From contig JAVWAV010000001.1 in the NCBI GenBank assembly GCA_036649855.1, positions 22,823 to 86,822 on the forward strand: a stretch of 64,000 nt of DNA. The letters are read 5' to 3'. Shown piece by piece: positions 48,017-57,641 of the stretch (position 1 is its first letter; each line of letters opens with the position of its first letter). Below the pieces are notes generated by a model that had not been told where the DNA came from, did not search any database, and saw only the letters and a list, made by a program, of their open reading frames with translations. Origin of the DNA: Bacilli bacterium. Lineage in GTDB: Bacteria; Bacillota_I; Bacilli_A; RFN20; CAG-826. Made by a program: the position numbers and the translations under genes.

Positions 48017-49267
48017 ATGGCAAAGAAAAACGAGGAAAAATCAGTTAAAAAGAACAAAGTAGAGGAATTAGTTAAGAAAATTCTAGGTGAAGAAGATGAA
48101 GACAATCAACTAACCATTTCTTCATTCGAAGACATTATCAAAAGATATGAAAATAAAACAAAAACATCTAAAGTTATCTGCAGTTCAGATTTATTAGCAG
48201 ATTTAAACGATGTTTTTGAATTAGAAGATGAAGATATTAAAAAAGTCATCGATTATTTTATGGAAAATGGATATTCGGTTGAAAAAGAAAAAGTTGATGA
48301 ACTAGAAGACTATTCAGAAGCCGATATCTTAGACGATGAAGGTTTAGAACCAGAAGATTTAGCTGCTGAAGAAGAGCCAGCAATCGAGGATCCAATCATT
48401 TTAAGCGAAACAATTCCAAATGATTCGGTTAAAGCCTATCTTCACGAAATTGGTCAAGTTCCTTTGTTAAATAAAGAACAAGAACTAGAAATTGCTAAAA
48501 GAATTACAAATGAAGGCGATCCATACGCAAAAGAACAATTAATTAATGCTAACTTGCGTTTAGTTATAAGTATTGCTAAAAAATATTTAGGTCGTGGATT
48601 ACCTTTTCTTGATTTAATTCAAGAAGGAAATATCGGTTTGATGAAAGCTGTCGATAAATTTGACTACACAAAAGGTTTTAAATTTTCTACTTATGCAACA
48701 TGGTGGATTAGACAATCTATTACAAGAGCTATTGCTGATCAAGCAAGAACTATTAGAATTCCAGTACATATGGTAGAAACTATTAACAAAATTTCTAAAG
48801 CACAACGTCATTTACTCCAAGAATTTGGTAGAGAACCAACTGCAGAAGAAATTTCAAAACATTTAGATGATAAAGCACTAACTCCAGAAAGAATTAGGGA
48901 AATTCAAGCAACTTCACTTGATCCTATTTCATTACATGGACCAGTTGTTAAAGATGAAAATGAATCAACAATGGAAGACTTTATTCCAGATCCTAATGCA
49001 AAATCACCAGTAGATGAAGCTACAAGAATAATGCTTAGAGAATCTTTGGAAGAAGTTTTAAATGAGGGATTAAATGAACGTGAACAAAAAGTTATCAGAT
49101 TAAGATATGGTCTTGATGATAATATTTGCCACACTTTAGAAGAAGTAGGAAAAGAATTTGGTGTTACAAGAGAAAGAATTAGACAAATTGAAGCAAAAGC
49201 TATCAAAAAGCTAAAGCATCAAAGTAGAAAAAAGAAATTAGATGATTGGGAATCTTTAAATAAATAA
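48017..49267 (+). CDS. rpoD: RNA polymerase primary sigma factor
   Basis: Region 2 ([30 protein letters not shown]), region 3 and region 4 ([20 protein letters not shown]), with an acidic N-terminal region 1. Confidence 0.97.
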   Translation: MAKKNEEKSVKKNKVEELVKKILGEEDEDNQLTISSFEDIIKRYENKTKTSKVICSSDLLADLNDVFELEDEDIKKVIDYFMENGYSVEKEKVDELEDYSEADILDDEGLEPEDLAAEEEPAIEDPIILSETIPNDSVKAYLHEIGQVPLLNKEQELEIAKRITNEGDPYAKEQLINANLRLVISIAKKYLGRGLPFLDLIQEGNIGLMKAVDKFDYTKGFKFSTYATWWIRQSITRAIADQARTIRIPVHMVETINKISKAQRHLLQEFGREPTAEEISKHLDDKALTPERIREIQATSLDPISLHGPVVKDENESTMEDFIPDPNAKSPVDEATRIMLRESLEEVLNEGLNEREQKVIRLRYGLDDNICHTLEEVGKEFGVTRERIRQIEAKAIKKLKHQSRKKKLDDWESLNK

Positions 49268-49271
49268 AAAA

Positions 49272-49967
49272 ATGACAGCAGCTCTTTCTAAAAGGCTTAA
49301 CTCAATATATTCGATGCTCGATGAAAAGTGCTATGTTGCAGATATTGGTGCTGATCATGGACAATTAGTTATTAAATTAGCAAAAACTTATATTAATAAT
49401 AAATTTTTTGCTGTGGAAAATAAAAATGGGCCATTTAATACATTAAAACAAGCAATTGATTTACATAAATGCAAAAATATTGAAATTAGCTTAAGTTCTG
49501 GAATATCAAATATACCAAATTATGTTAACACATTGGTTATTTGTGGAATGGGAGGCGATAACATTTATTCGATTATTTTAGATAATTTAGAAAAATTGTT
49601 TTTTATTGAAACAATTGTGTTTTCTGCTCATTCAAAATCAAATATTGTTATAACATTACTAAATAAATTGGGATTTTCACTAACTACTTATAAAAAAGTT
49701 GATGAAAATGGCAAGATCTATGATTTATATCGATTCGATTTAAACGGAAAGAATGAAATTTTTTTAGGAAAATATTATATCAATTTGTTATTTTGGCAAA
49801 ATCATAATCCTTACGACATACATTATTCTAATATTGTATTAAAAAATTATTTACTATATAAGAACTCTATTAGAAATCATGGTTTTCTTGTTTTTAAGGA
49901 TGAATACATTAAAGAAAGAATGGAAATAGAGGAAATAAATAAGTATGAACACAAAATTATTGCTTAA
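49272..49967 (+). CDS. trmK: tRNA (adenine22-N1)-methyltransferase TrmK-like
   Basis: LSKRL...VADIGADHG...ICGMGG pattern collinear with B. subtilis TrmK (YqfN), and the position after sigA. Confidence 0.8.
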   Translation: MTAALSKRLNSIYSMLDEKCYVADIGADHGQLVIKLAKTYINNKFFAVENKNGPFNTLKQAIDLHKCKNIEISLSSGISNIPNYVNTLVICGMGGDNIYSIILDNLEKLFFIETIVFSAHSKSNIVITLLNKLGFSLTTYKKVDENGKIYDLYRFDLNGKNEIFLGKYYINLLFWQNHNPYDIHYSNIVLKNYLLYKNSIRNHGFLVFKDEYIKERMEIEEINKYEHKIIA

Positions 49968-50724
49968 AAAATTAGGCAAAAAATTTCCAAAACGCATTGC
50001 AAAAGAAAATCAAGATTATGTTGGGTTAATGTGTGGAAAATTATCAGAAGAAGTCAATAAAGTAGTATTATGTCTTGATTTAGACAATATTATTATTGAT
50101 GATGTCTTAAATATAAATCCAGATTTAGTAATTACACATCATCCTTTTATATATGGAAAGAAAAGAGATGTATTAAAACACGATGAATTTAAAAAACAAT
50201 TAATAGATATATTGAATAAACATAATATTCCAGTATATAGTTTTCATACAAATTTTGATCAAGGAATCGATGGAATGAACGATGCATTGGCAGAACAACT
50301 TTGTTTGTCAAATATTAAACCATTAGAAACACTTCCCATGGCAAGAGGCGGAACATTACCAAAACCAATGGATATATCTGAATTAGCAAATTTTATTATG
50401 AAAAAATTATCAGTCAGTTATTGTACAACATTAAATTATGGAAAAAAAGAAATTAGCAAAATTGCTATTATTGGCGGTGGCGGATGGTTTGGCTTTTCAA
50501 ATGCACAAAAAGAGGGATTCGATGCCTTTATCTCAGGAGATATTCCACATCACGGAAGAAGAGATATAGTTATAAATTCATACAATTATATAGACGTTCC
50601 TCATGAAGTTGAAAGAATATTTATGGCACAAATGGAAAAAGTATTACTTAAAATCGACAATAATCTAATTATTACTAAAATAAATCACGAAAAAGAACCT
50701 AATGTTTATATTAATCTAAAGTAG
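49945..50724 (+). CDS. Nif3-like dinuclear metal centre protein (YqfO family)
   Basis: 259 aa with the ITHHP, HTNFD and SGDIPHH metal-ligand motifs, in the position after trmK. Confidence 0.85.
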   Translation: MNTKLLLKKLGKKFPKRIAKENQDYVGLMCGKLSEEVNKVVLCLDLDNIIIDDVLNINPDLVITHHPFIYGKKRDVLKHDEFKKQLIDILNKHNIPVYSFHTNFDQGIDGMNDALAEQLCLSNIKPLETLPMARGGTLPKPMDISELANFIMKKLSVSYCTTLNYGKKEISKIAIIGGGGWFGFSNAQKEGFDAFISGDIPHHGRRDIVINSYNYIDVPHEVERIFMAQMEKVLLKIDNNLIITKINHEKEPNVYINLK

Positions 50725-51589
50725 ATAAGAATTCTGATATATCTATTATTGTTTTGAGCGATGTTGAAGAACCACTAATTATAGCTGCATGTGAATGATT
50801 TTTTAATATGGGAGTTTTAGAAATTGCATCATCTAGACTTTCTAATAAAACAACTTCTTTAACAGCACACTCTAAAATCGCGTAATTGTATAATTCTACA
50901 GTATTTGAGGATAAATTTGACCCTATAATTACAAGCAAATCAAATTCGTCGCTTGATAGTTTTGATATTACTTTTTGTCTAGATAAGGGGATTTGACAAA
51001 GTGTATTTTCGATAATGAAATGACTTTGTCCAATTTCCTTTTTTAATTTTTCAATTGAAGAAAAGAATCTTTCATAACTTATTGTTGTTTGAGCAAACAC
51101 AACGTATTTTTCATTCTCAGACAAATGCATTTTATTTTCGTCATATAATTGAATATCACCTTTAAATGTTTGTAAGTAGCATTCAGTTTCAGGATGATTT
51201 TCTTTTCCAACTAATATAAGCTTATAACCATTAGTTCTATATATATAAAGCTTTAAAAGGATGTCTTTAATAATGTCACAAGTGGTATCCAAAAATTCAA
51301 TATTGTGTTCATTGCAATATGTCTCAAGTTCATAATTATGACCATGTGCTGTAAAAACTACTAAATTACTACTAGTTAACGACCTTAAAACGCCTAAATA
51401 TTCACTATTATTACAATCTATCGTTTCTACACCATGATCTAAGAAGGTTTTAATAATTTCGTTATTATTGATCAATTTTCCCAAAGTAACCATCTTTTTA
51501 TTTGATGTTTCACTTTTATTAATAACTGTATCAATTGCTCTTTTAACACCAGGACAATAACTTGTTGGTTTTAATAATGTATATTTCAT
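50711..51589 (-). CDS. ispH: 4-hydroxy-3-methylbut-2-enyl diphosphate reductase
   Basis: 292 aa. YCPGVKRAI, FTAHGH and AQTT motifs. TAAAAT on the minus strand (51601-51596) lies 6 nt before the ATG. Confidence 0.88.
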   Translation of the reverse strand: MKYTLLKPTSYCPGVKRAIDTVINKSETSNKKMVTLGKLINNNEIIKTFLDHGVETIDCNNSEYLGVLRSLTSSNLVVFTAHGHNYELETYCNEHNIEFLDTTCDIIKDILLKLYIYRTNGYKLILVGKENHPETECYLQTFKGDIQLYDENKMHLSENEKYVVFAQTTISYERFFSSIEKLKKEIGQSHFIIENTLCQIPLSRQKVISKLSSDEFDLLVIIGSNLSSNTVELYNYAILECAVKEVVLLESLDDAISKTPILKNHSHAAIISGSSTSLKTIIDISEFLSTLD

Positions 51590-51645
51590 ATAAATATTTT
51601 ATCTATTTTATTCAATTTAAGCAATTTTTATAGTATATTTATTAC

Positions 51646-53013
51646 ATGGCAAATTTCAAAGCATATTGTTTATCTGATACAATTATAAAATCACTTAATC
51701 GTCAAGGCTACTTAAGCGCAACGCCTATCCAAGACTTAGTTATTCCAAAGGCCCTAAAAGGAAATTCACTTGTAGTTAAAAGTGAGACAGGGAGCGGAAA
51801 AACGCATTCTTTTATTGTTCCAATTTTACAAAAAATAAATGTCGATATTAATAAATTACAAGCTGTTATAGTTTCTCCTACAAGAGAACTGGCAAAGCAA
51901 ACATTTGATTTTTTTAAAGAATTTTGTGCAGAAATGCCTAAATTATCAGTAAAGCTTATTTCATCAGTTGATGAACGCACCAAAAGTGTGGAAGAAATGT
52001 CTAAAAATCCACAAATCATTGTAGCTACAATCGGAAGACTACACGAGATGTTGGTAAAAAGTTCTTTTTTACCACTGGATGATGTTAAATTTATCGTACT
52101 AGATGAAGCTGATATGTTGCTAGAATCGGGATTTATGGATGATGTAGACTCCGTAATTACAAAAGTAGGTGCTCCGCAACTGTTAGTTTTTTCTGCAACC
52201 ATTTCACAATCGCTTCAATACATTTTAAGTAAATATATTCAAGCTGATTTCTTTATTACGAATGATAGCACCGGTAATACATCTAAAAATGTAAAACATT
52301 ATGGCATTGATATAAAACATAAACCAATTGAAGATGCAGTTTTAGAATTTTTACGTGTGAAACCAGCATATATGATACTTATATTTGTTTCAAAAAAAGA
52401 AGATATGCAAGCAATTTATAAAAAAGTTGCTGGTGCAAAATTTAAAACATGTCTATTTAATGGTGATCTTTCAGCTCGTGAAAGAAAATCTTTAATGAGA
52501 AGAATTAAAACTGATGAGTTTCAAGTAATTATTGCTTCTGATATAGTCGCAAGAGGTCTTGATATTCCAGCAATTGATGTAGTATTAAGCGTAGATTTAC
52601 CTAATAATGAAGAATTTTATTATCATAGAGCAGGAAGATGTGGTCGCTATGATAGACCAGGTGAATCATATTTCTTTTATAATGTTGAAACTGTTAAAAA
52701 AGTTAAAAAATTAATTGAAGATAAGCTTGAGATTTCATATCTTAAATTCGGTGATAACGAATTAGTAGAAGGAAAAGCTGTAGATTACAAAAAGATATTT
52801 AAAAGCAAGAAAAACGAAGAATTAGATCAGAAGATCTGGGCTGCTAAATCAAAAGTTAACACAAGAAAAGTTAAACCTGGATACAAAAGAAAGATAAAAA
52901 CTGCTGTTGATAAAGTAAAAAAAGAACATCGCAGAGAAGTAATTAAAAAAGATATAAGAAGACAAATAGAAGAAAGAAATAAAGCTGAAAGAGGCAACAG
53001 ATCGGATGAATAA
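51646..53013 (+). CDS. cshB: DEAD-box ATP-dependent RNA helicase (CshB/YqfR-like)
   Basis: Q motif, SETGSGKTH, DEAD (VLDEADMLL), SAT and HRAGRCGR, with a basic C-terminal tail. It is followed by nfo, as in B. subtilis. Confidence 0.85.
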   Translation: MANFKAYCLSDTIIKSLNRQGYLSATPIQDLVIPKALKGNSLVVKSETGSGKTHSFIVPILQKINVDINKLQAVIVSPTRELAKQTFDFFKEFCAEMPKLSVKLISSVDERTKSVEEMSKNPQIIVATIGRLHEMLVKSSFLPLDDVKFIVLDEADMLLESGFMDDVDSVITKVGAPQLLVFSATISQSLQYILSKYIQADFFITNDSTGNTSKNVKHYGIDIKHKPIEDAVLEFLRVKPAYMILIFVSKKEDMQAIYKKVAGAKFKTCLFNGDLSARERKSLMRRIKTDEFQVIIASDIVARGLDIPAIDVVLSVDLPNNEEFYYHRAGRCGRYDRPGESYFFYNVETVKKVKKLIEDKLEISYLKFGDNELVEGKAVDYKKIFKSKKNEELDQKIWAAKSKVNTRKVKPGYKRKIKTAVDKVKKEHRREVIKKDIRRQIEERNKAERGNRSDE

Positions 53014-53884
53014 AGTTTTACTAGGTTCGCACGTTCGCATGACTGGACCTGAATATTTTTTAGGAAGCGTAAAAGAAGCAATTTCATATAATGCAACTGC
53101 TTTAATGTTTTATACTGGCGCTCCGCAAAATAGTGCAAGAGTCCCTTTAGAACGCTGTAAAATCGAAGAAGCTTCGATTTTACTTAATGAAAATGGCTTT
53201 AATAAGTCTCAAATAATATGTCATGCTCCGTATTTAATTAATTTAGGAAATATCATAAAAAAAGAAAACTATGATATGTCTTTAAAAATGCTTATTAACG
53301 AGATGACAAGAGCAGAAGCATTTGGTTCTGGAGTTATTGTACTACACCCAGGTTCAAGTCTTGGCGAGGATAAAAACGCTGTTATTGAACAAATTGTTCT
53401 TGGAATAAATACTGCAATAAGCAAAACTAAAAACATAAAAATAGCCATTGAAACAATGGCTGGTAAAGGAAACGAGGTTTGTTCTAATTTTCAAGATATA
53501 GGTTATATAATATCTAAAATAGAAAACAAAGATAGAATTGGAGTTTGTCTTGATTCTTGTCATATTCACGATGCTGGCTATGATTTAAACCATTATGAAG
53601 ATGTTATTCACTCTATTGATTCCAGTTTTGGAATTGATAAAGTTTTAGTTATTCATTTAAATGACTCAAAAAATTTAATCAATAGCCATAAAGACAGACA
53701 CGAAAACATTGGTTTTGGTGATATTGGTTTTGATATTTTACACAAAATATTATTTGATGAGCGCTTCATAGATATACCAAAAATTCTTGAAACACCTTAT
53801 TTTAACGATAAACCACCATATAAAGACGAAATTGAAATGCTTTTAAGCGGAAATTTCGATAAAGATTTATTTAAAAATTATTGA
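53006..53884 (+). CDS. nfo: Deoxyribonuclease IV (endonuclease IV)
   Basis: 292 aa with the LGSHV, HAPYLINL, VLHPGS, CLDSCH and HLNDSK motifs. Confidence 0.92.
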   Translation: MNKVLLGSHVRMTGPEYFLGSVKEAISYNATALMFYTGAPQNSARVPLERCKIEEASILLNENGFNKSQIICHAPYLINLGNIIKKENYDMSLKMLINEMTRAEAFGSGVIVLHPGSSLGEDKNAVIEQIVLGINTAISKTKNIKIAIETMAGKGNEVCSNFQDIGYIISKIENKDRIGVCLDSCHIHDAGYDLNHYEDVIHSIDSSFGIDKVLVIHLNDSKNLINSHKDRHENIGFGDIGFDILHKILFDERFIDIPKILETPYFNDKPPYKDEIEMLLSGNFDKDLFKNY

Positions 53885-54920
53885 TTTCGTTTATAAGTTC
53901 AGTATAAGCATCTTTTTCGGGAATTGTTTTAATAACAATTCCTTTTTTAAATAATGCAAAGCATCCTTTTCCACCAGCTAAACCAATATCAGCATTTTTT
54001 GCTTCACCAGGACCGTTTACAATACAACCCATAATAGCTACTTTAACTGGTTTTTTAATAGTTTCAAGATAGATTGATATTCTTTTAGCAAGATCTTCTA
54101 AATTAACACATGTTCTTCCACAAGTTGGACAAGATATAAGTGTTGGATATGAATTATATAAATCAACGTCATGTAAAAGACGTTTTGCTGCGATTATTTC
54201 ATCAACTGGATTACCAGTGATAGATATTCTAATTGTATTACCAATTCCATTTAAAAGTAGAGGAGAAAGAGCAGCAGCGGAACGAATTAAGGAATAATCT
54301 GATGTACCAGCTTCCGTTACTCCTAAATGAAGAGGATAAGGAAATATTTCGCTAGCTAATGAGTAAGCTTCAATAGTTTCTCTAACATTTGATGATTTAA
54401 TCGAAATTATAATATTAGTGAAGTCAAGATCTTCTAAGATCTTGACATGTTTTTTGGCGGATTCTACTAATAATTCGGCATTATGAACGCCAGTTTTAGA
54501 TAATTCCTTGTCAACTGATCCAGAATTAACTCCAATTCTAATTGGAACGTTATATTTTTTACAATATTCTACTAATTCTTTAATGCCTTCAATCGAGCCG
54601 ATATTCCCTGGATTAATGCGGATTTTATCAATTCCATTTTTAATACATTCAATTGCTAATTTATAATCAAAATGAATATCGGCGACTAATGGAATATTAA
54701 TACGTTTTTTTATTTCTTTAATAGCCTTAGCATCTTCCATATCTAAAATGGATACTCTCATTAAATCAGCTCCATAATTAGCGCATTCATTTATTTGATT
54801 TGCGACAGCAACATAATTTGAGGTCTTTATGTTGCACATGGACTGAATTAAAACGGTATTGCTTCCGCCTATTGTTTTATTGCCAACTTTAATGGCTTTT
54901 GTGTGTTCTCTTGTGTTCAT
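53871..54920 (-). CDS. ispG: (E)-4-hydroxy-3-methylbut-2-enyl-diphosphate synthase
   Basis: 349 aa with the VLIQSM, RINPGNIG, SCPTCGR and GCIVNGPGE motifs. TATAAT on the minus strand (54932-54927) lies 6 nt before the ATG. Confidence 0.93.
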   Translation of the reverse strand: MNTREHTKAIKVGNKTIGGSNTVLIQSMCNIKTSNYVAVANQINECANYGADLMRVSILDMEDAKAIKEIKKRINIPLVADIHFDYKLAIECIKNGIDKIRINPGNIGSIEGIKELVEYCKKYNVPIRIGVNSGSVDKELSKTGVHNAELLVESAKKHVKILEDLDFTNIIISIKSSNVRETIEAYSLASEIFPYPLHLGVTEAGTSDYSLIRSAAALSPLLLNGIGNTIRISITGNPVDEIIAAKRLLHDVDLYNSYPTLISCPTCGRTCVNLEDLAKRISIYLETIKKPVKVAIMGCIVNGPGEAKNADIGLAGGKGCFALFKKGIVIKTIPEKDAYTELINEINNF

Positions 54921-55008
54921 ATTACTATTATATATTATTGAAAAATTATTTATAGATATTTATTTTGATATATGTTAAAATAATTAAGCAAAAAGTGAGG
55001 AATGTAAT

Positions 55009-55158
55009 ATGCGTGATAACATTATCTTAAAGTGTTCGGAATGTGGCGAAGAAAACTACATTGGTACTAGAAATAAAAAAAACCATCCAGACAGAAGGGA
55101 AATTAAAAAATTCTGCCCAAGATGCAACAAAATGACACTACACAAAGAGAAAAAATAA
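55009..55158 (+). CDS. rpmG: 50S ribosomal protein L33 (below the ORF-track size cutoff)
   Basis: Hand translation gives [49 protein letters not shown] (49 aa) with the CxxC...CxxC zinc form of L33. SD GTGAGG lies upstream. Confidence 0.9.
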   Translation: MRDNIILKCSECGEENYIGTRNKKNHPDRREIKKFCPRCNKMTLHKEKK

Positions 55159-55178
55159 GGTTAAATCCTTATTTTTTT
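55155..55178 (+). terminator. Weak candidate terminator after rpmG
   Basis: 6-bp stem ATAAGG/CCTTAT with a 6-nt loop, followed by T7. The stem is AT-rich and short. Confidence 0.35.
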
Positions 55179-55186
55179 ATTAAACT

Positions 55187-55816
55187 ATGAAAATTAATTT
55201 TTATAAAGCAAAGAAATTATTTGCTGCAAATACTTATGTAGTCAGTGATGGAGACATTTGTTTAGTTATTGATCCAGGTGATGATACTGGAGATTTTGAA
55301 TTATTTTTAAAAGAAAATAATTTAAAACCGACAACTATTTTATTAACACATGGTCATTTTGATCATATAAGAGATTTAGAAAGACTGGTTAAATTGTTTA
55401 ATTGCGATATCTACATCGAAGAAGAAGATGAAAAAATGCTATTTAGTTCGAAATTAAATGAATCTTTAATGTTTAATAAAGATGTTACTTTTGATGATTT
55501 AAAAGAAAAAGTAATCGTATTTCGCGACAAAGAGATGCTTAAATTTAAAGATATTGAAATAAATGTTATTCATACTCCGTTTCATACCAATGGATCTTCA
55601 TGTTTTTATCTAAGCAAAAATAAAATACTTTTTTCGGGTGATACATTATTTAAAGGTGATATTGGACGTACAGATTTAATAACATCATGTGGTAATAAAA
55701 CTCAGGAATCTCTATCGAAATTAATGAAATTAAACGATGATATCGTGGTTTATCCAGGTCACGATGCTTTTACATCGATTGGATATGAGAGGAAGCACAA
55801 TAGAAATATAATCTAG
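55187..55816 (+). CDS. MBL-fold metallo-hydrolase (glyoxalase II-like)
   Basis: 209 aa with LTHGHFDH, HTPFHTNGS, GDTLF and PGHD motifs. Confidence 0.75.
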   Translation: MKINFYKAKKLFAANTYVVSDGDICLVIDPGDDTGDFELFLKENNLKPTTILLTHGHFDHIRDLERLVKLFNCDIYIEEEDEKMLFSSKLNESLMFNKDVTFDDLKEKVIVFRDKEMLKFKDIEINVIHTPFHTNGSSCFYLSKNKILFSGDTLFKGDIGRTDLITSCGNKTQESLSKLMKLNDDIVVYPGHDAFTSIGYERKHNRNII

Positions 55817-55888
55817 TAAACTATTTTATAGTGCATTTTTACAATTATATTGTTATAATATTTAAGCGATTTATTAGGAGGATTGTAT

Positions 55889-56449
55889 ATGGCAAACGTT
55901 ACAGAATTAAGGCCAGGCAACTATTTTATTGATGAAGGTAATTTATATCAAGTTCTTGATATATTATTAAATAAAACTGCAATGAGAAAAATGGTTGCAA
56001 AAGTAAAAGTCAAAAATTTAAGAACGAACTCAGTTATAGAAATTGCAAGAAACAGTGGATATAATGTCGATGTTGTTAGATTAGACAAAAAGAAGATGAT
56101 ATTTTTATATGATGCAGGCGATGCATTAGTATTTATGGATCAAATAAGTTATGAACAAATCGAAATTCAAAAAACAAGACTTGAATGGGAACAAAAATTT
56201 CTTAAGGGTGATTCAGAAATAGAAGTTATTTCTTATGAAAATGAAATAATGGGTATTAATTTACCAGCAAAGGTAGCATTAACAATTGTTGAAACAGAAC
56301 CTGCAGTTAGAGGCGATACTGTTAATAAAGCAATGAAAGAAGCTACATTAGAAACAGGACTTAAAGTTCGTGTTCCATTATTTATTGCATCAGGCGAATC
56401 TGTATTAGTTAGAACTGATACTGGTGAGTATGATGGAAGGGCTAACTAG
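55889..56449 (+). CDS. efp: Translation elongation factor P
   Basis: 186 aa. The N-terminal KOW-like domain and the C-terminal GLKVRVPLFI and VRTDTGEY motifs fit EF-P. AGGAGG lies 7 nt before ATG 55889; the ORF-track TTG is at 55883. Confidence 0.92.
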   Translation: MANVTELRPGNYFIDEGNLYQVLDILLNKTAMRKMVAKVKVKNLRTNSVIEIARNSGYNVDVVRLDKKKMIFLYDAGDALVFMDQISYEQIEIQKTRLEWEQKFLKGDSEIEVISYENEIMGINLPAKVALTIVETEPAVRGDTVNKAMKEATLETGLKVRVPLFIASGESVLVRTDTGEYDGRAN

Positions 56450-56457
56450 GTAATCAT

Positions 56458-56685
56458 ATGTTTTTAATGGAATTTGATGGTAGCTGGTTAGGAATAGCTA
56501 TTGCTTGTTTAGTTGTAGGTCTTGCAGTTGGTTTCTTCGTAACAAGAAAACTAATTCAAAAAGAAATGCAAAAAAATCCGCCAATTAGTGAAAAAATGAT
56601 TCGTGCTATGTTTGTTTCAATGGGAAGAAAACCAAGTGAAGCTCAAATAAAACAAGTAATGAATTCAATGAAAAATTCAAAATAA
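56458..56685 (+). CDS. UPF0154 (YneF) family small membrane protein
   Basis: 75 aa with one TM helix, then KNPPISEKMIRAMFVSMGRKPSEAQIKQVMNSMK. This is close to my recollection of B. subtilis YneF. Confidence 0.75.
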   Translation: MFLMEFDGSWLGIAIACLVVGLAVGFFVTRKLIQKEMQKNPPISEKMIRAMFVSMGRKPSEAQIKQVMNSMKNSK

Positions 56686-56712
56686 AAGAAGAACTGAAAG
56701 TTCTTCTTTTTT
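56684..56712 (+). terminator. Intrinsic terminator after the yneF-like gene
   Basis: AAAAGAAGAAC/GTTCTTCTTTT stem with a TGAAA loop, followed by a T-run. Confidence 0.8.
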
Positions 56713-56781
56713 ATTTGTCAATCTAAAATAGCGTTGAATACGATTAAATATAGATTATAAGATAAATTTACTAAAAGTCAT

Positions 56782-56814
56782 GTACTACTAATTTACTACT
56801 AATAAACTACTATT
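56782..56814 (+). repeat. Three tandem 11-nt units of the wwACTACTAAT family (site C)
   Basis: GTACTACTAAT|TTACTACTAAT|AAACTACTATT, with a partial copy at 56767-56777. The array overlaps the plsY stop codon (56810-56812). Confidence 0.65.
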
Positions 56815-57568
56815 TCTTTACTAAGAAGCCTACTTGAGTTTCAGTGTGATTTAAAAGACGTTTGATATTTGCTTTATGTCTTAAAATAACGATAAGTGAA
56901 ATAGTTGTGCAAACAAGCGGATAGATAATATGAACTTCTAGCATTCCATTAGGCATTAATAATGAATTAGCAATTGATTTATCGCCAAATAAAGATGTTA
57001 TATAAATAGACCAACTAATAATAATTGAACCGATTGATAAACAAATTGAAGACAAACTAACGTATTTTTTTGAAAGTAATGGAATAAAAAACGAAAATAC
57101 ACCAAACCCTAATTGCAATAAACTCGATGATCCAAGAGAACCAACCATTGTAGATACGCCTTTTCCGCCTTTAAATTTTAAGAAACATGAGTAGCAATGT
57201 CCTAATACTGATCCTAATGGTGTAATCCAAAGTGTGACCATTTGTGAATCATGAACTAATATTGAATCTAATTGAGTATATTTTATTACTATATAAGTAA
57301 TCCAAAATCCCAATGAAGCTTTAATCATATCTGAAATCATGACTAATACACCGATTTTCTTTCCCCACAATCTTCCGGAATTAGTACCACCAGGATTTTT
57401 AGATCCATATTGTCTCGGATCTTGATGAAAATATAATTTTCCAAGAATGACAGATATGCTTATTGAGCCCAACAAATAGGCGAATAATAATGCGCAAATA
57501 GGAACAATAATGTTTATAAATAAATCTAAAGAAGACAAATTAGCCGATAAAATGTATTGATTTGTCAT
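56810..57568 (-). CDS. plsY: Glycerol-3-phosphate acyltransferase PlsY
   Basis: Polytopic membrane protein with GSKNPGGTN and KGGKGV motifs. SD AAGGGG lies upstream. It is adjacent to parE, as in B. subtilis. Confidence 0.88.
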   Translation of the reverse strand: MTNQYILSANLSSLDLFINIIVPICALLFAYLLGSISISVILGKLYFHQDPRQYGSKNPGGTNSGRLWGKKIGVLVMISDMIKASLGFWITYIVIKYTQLDSILVHDSQMVTLWITPLGSVLGHCYSCFLKFKGGKGVSTMVGSLGSSSLLQLGFGVFSFFIPLLSKKYVSLSSICLSIGSIIISWSIYITSLFGDKSIANSLLMPNGMLEVHIIYPLVCTTISLIVILRHKANIKRLLNHTETQVGFLVKK

Positions 57569-57641
57569 ATTTACCCCTTTCTTATAAAATGTACAATTTA
57601 TTATAATATATTTGACTTAAATATTGTATAATATTAAACAT

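Noticed and set aside
54921-54952. dif-like sequence (TATATATTAT core resembling the centre of the Bacillus dif site)
   Set aside because: The flanking arms do not match the conserved XerD arm (TTATGTnAAAT) or the XerC arm. Gene orientation does not switch here. The match is expected in AT-rich promoter DNA, and this stretch also holds the ispG -10 element.
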